From IMG/VR virus record IMGVR_UViG_3300045988_147330, positions 1-64,000 of that record: a DNA stretch of 64,000 nt, one strand, 5' to 3'. A program made the translations under genes and the position numbers. The notes under the pieces were generated by a model. It ran no database searches, was not told the DNA's origin, and saw only the letters and a list, made by a program, of their open reading frames with translations. This stretch comes from a virus. Shown one piece after another: positions 63,295 through 64,000 of the stretch (within the stretch, counting starts at the first letter, position 1; every line of letters begins with the position of its first letter).

Positions 63295-64000
63295 ATGATA
63301 ATAGCTTGGTTTAGTTGCGGTGTAACATCCGCAGTAGCATGTAAGATAGCATTGAGCTTGTATAACGATGTACAACTCTATTATATCGAAACTGGTTCCG
63401 GGCATCCAGATAATGTCCGATTTATCTCAGATTGCGAGAGATGGTACGATCAGCCAATCCACACTATCCGAAGCGACAAATATACTTGTGTTGCTGATGT
63501 TTTACGGAAAGGTTATATTAACGGTGCGCATGGTGCTGCTTGTACTCTTGAGCTGAAAAAGAAAGTCCGTTATAAGTTGGAGAAGGAACTTGGTTCTTGG
63601 GATGGTCAAGTTTGGGGCTTCGACTTTGCCCCGAAAGAAATAAACCGCGCCATCCGCTTTAAGCAACAATATCCATATACAAAGCCGTTGTTCCCACTTA
63701 TTGAAAAGCAGATAACCAAGCAAGATGCAATGGGAATGCTTGGGAAAGTCGGCATTGAAATCCCTGCCATGTACAAGATGGGCTACAATAACAACAACTG
63801 TATCGGTTGTGTGAAAGGTGGCATGGGCTATTGGAATAAGATACGGAAGGATTTTCCGAAAGTGTTTGACCAGATGGCTAAGATTGAGCGTGATGTTGGA
63901 GCTACCTGCCTAAAGGATAAAGACGGTCGTATCTTCCTTGATGAACTACCAACGTGGCGGGGCGACCCAGTAGAAGAGATTATACCGGATTGCTCGCTTA
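63295..64000 (+). CDS. PP-loop ATP-pyrophosphatase / PAPS-reductase-like protein (3'-truncated by the window edge)
   Basis: Hand-translated open frame from the ATG at 63295 to the window end. N-terminal AWFSCGVTSAVA (SGGxDS-like PP-loop) and CIGCVKGG. Not in the ORF track because it has no stop in the window. Confidence 0.55.
   Translation, partial: MIIAWFSCGVTSAVACKIALSLYNDVQLYYIETGSGHPDNVRFISDCERWYDQPIHTIRSDKYTCVADVLRKGYINGAHGAACTLELKKKVRYKLEKELGSWDGQVWGFDFAPKEINRAIRFKQQYPYTKPLFPLIEKQITKQDAMGMLGKVGIEIPAMYKMGYNNNNCIGCVKGGMGYWNKIRKDFPKVFDQMAKIERDVGATCLKDKDGRIFLDELPTWRGDPVEEIIPDCSL

Noticed and set aside
141-64000. Stop-codon reassignment (TAG or TGA recoding), as seen in some gut phages.
   Set aside because: Large genes (terL, portal, capsid, SF3 helicase, SF2 helicase, both iscB copies) are intact under the standard code. 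The tRNA-like element has no readable suppressor anticodon.

Overview
Segment of a low-GC (about one-third GC by eye) tailed-phage genome with Bacteroidota-style expression signals: TAnnTTTG -7 promoter boxes, little Shine-Dalgarno signal, and DUF3127-, DUF4494- and DUF5675-like proteins. Layout: (1) 141-7512, minus-strand head/neck/tail genes (scaffold, decoration-like protein, major capsid). (2) 7655-10896, plus-strand large terminase and portal. (3) 10.9-13.4 kb, a mixed-strand accessory island splitting portal from the MuF-like head gene; it holds a membrane protein, two Panacea/DUF4065 proteins, an endolysin candidate and a candidate sRNA. (4) 13.4-16.6 kb, the MuF-like gene plus two convergent receptor-binding-like genes. 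(5) 16.6-28.9 kb, a minus-strand replication/nucleotide module: DUF2829 (Tad2-family) fusion, DUF3127 OB-fold protein, dUTPase, Toprim protein, SF3 primase-helicase. (6) 28.9-30.6 kb, a non-coding divergent control region with palindromes and iteron-like repeats. (7) 30.6-50 kb, about 60 small plus-strand early genes containing several paralog families. (8) 50-64 kb, a plus-strand DNA-metabolism module: methyltransferase, YqaJ-like exonuclease, intein-containing SF2 helicase, VRR-NUC, sliding clamp, tyrosine recombinase, PP-loop enzyme. The main finding is a dense load of selfish and RNA-guided elements. There are two intact, diverged, inverted IscB nuclease genes, each preceded by its own omega-RNA-like leader with a different guide-position segment and no TnpA. 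There are also three or four decayed TnpB 3'-end/omega-RNA-like remnants, a LAGLIDADG intein in the helicase DECH box, and a nuclease-less NUMOD protein. Also notable are a gene built from 27 nearly perfect 18-bp hexapeptide-coding repeats, a duplicated three-gene cassette with a swapped centre, and a tRNA-like element. All functional calls come from motif recognition by eye; no database searches were run.
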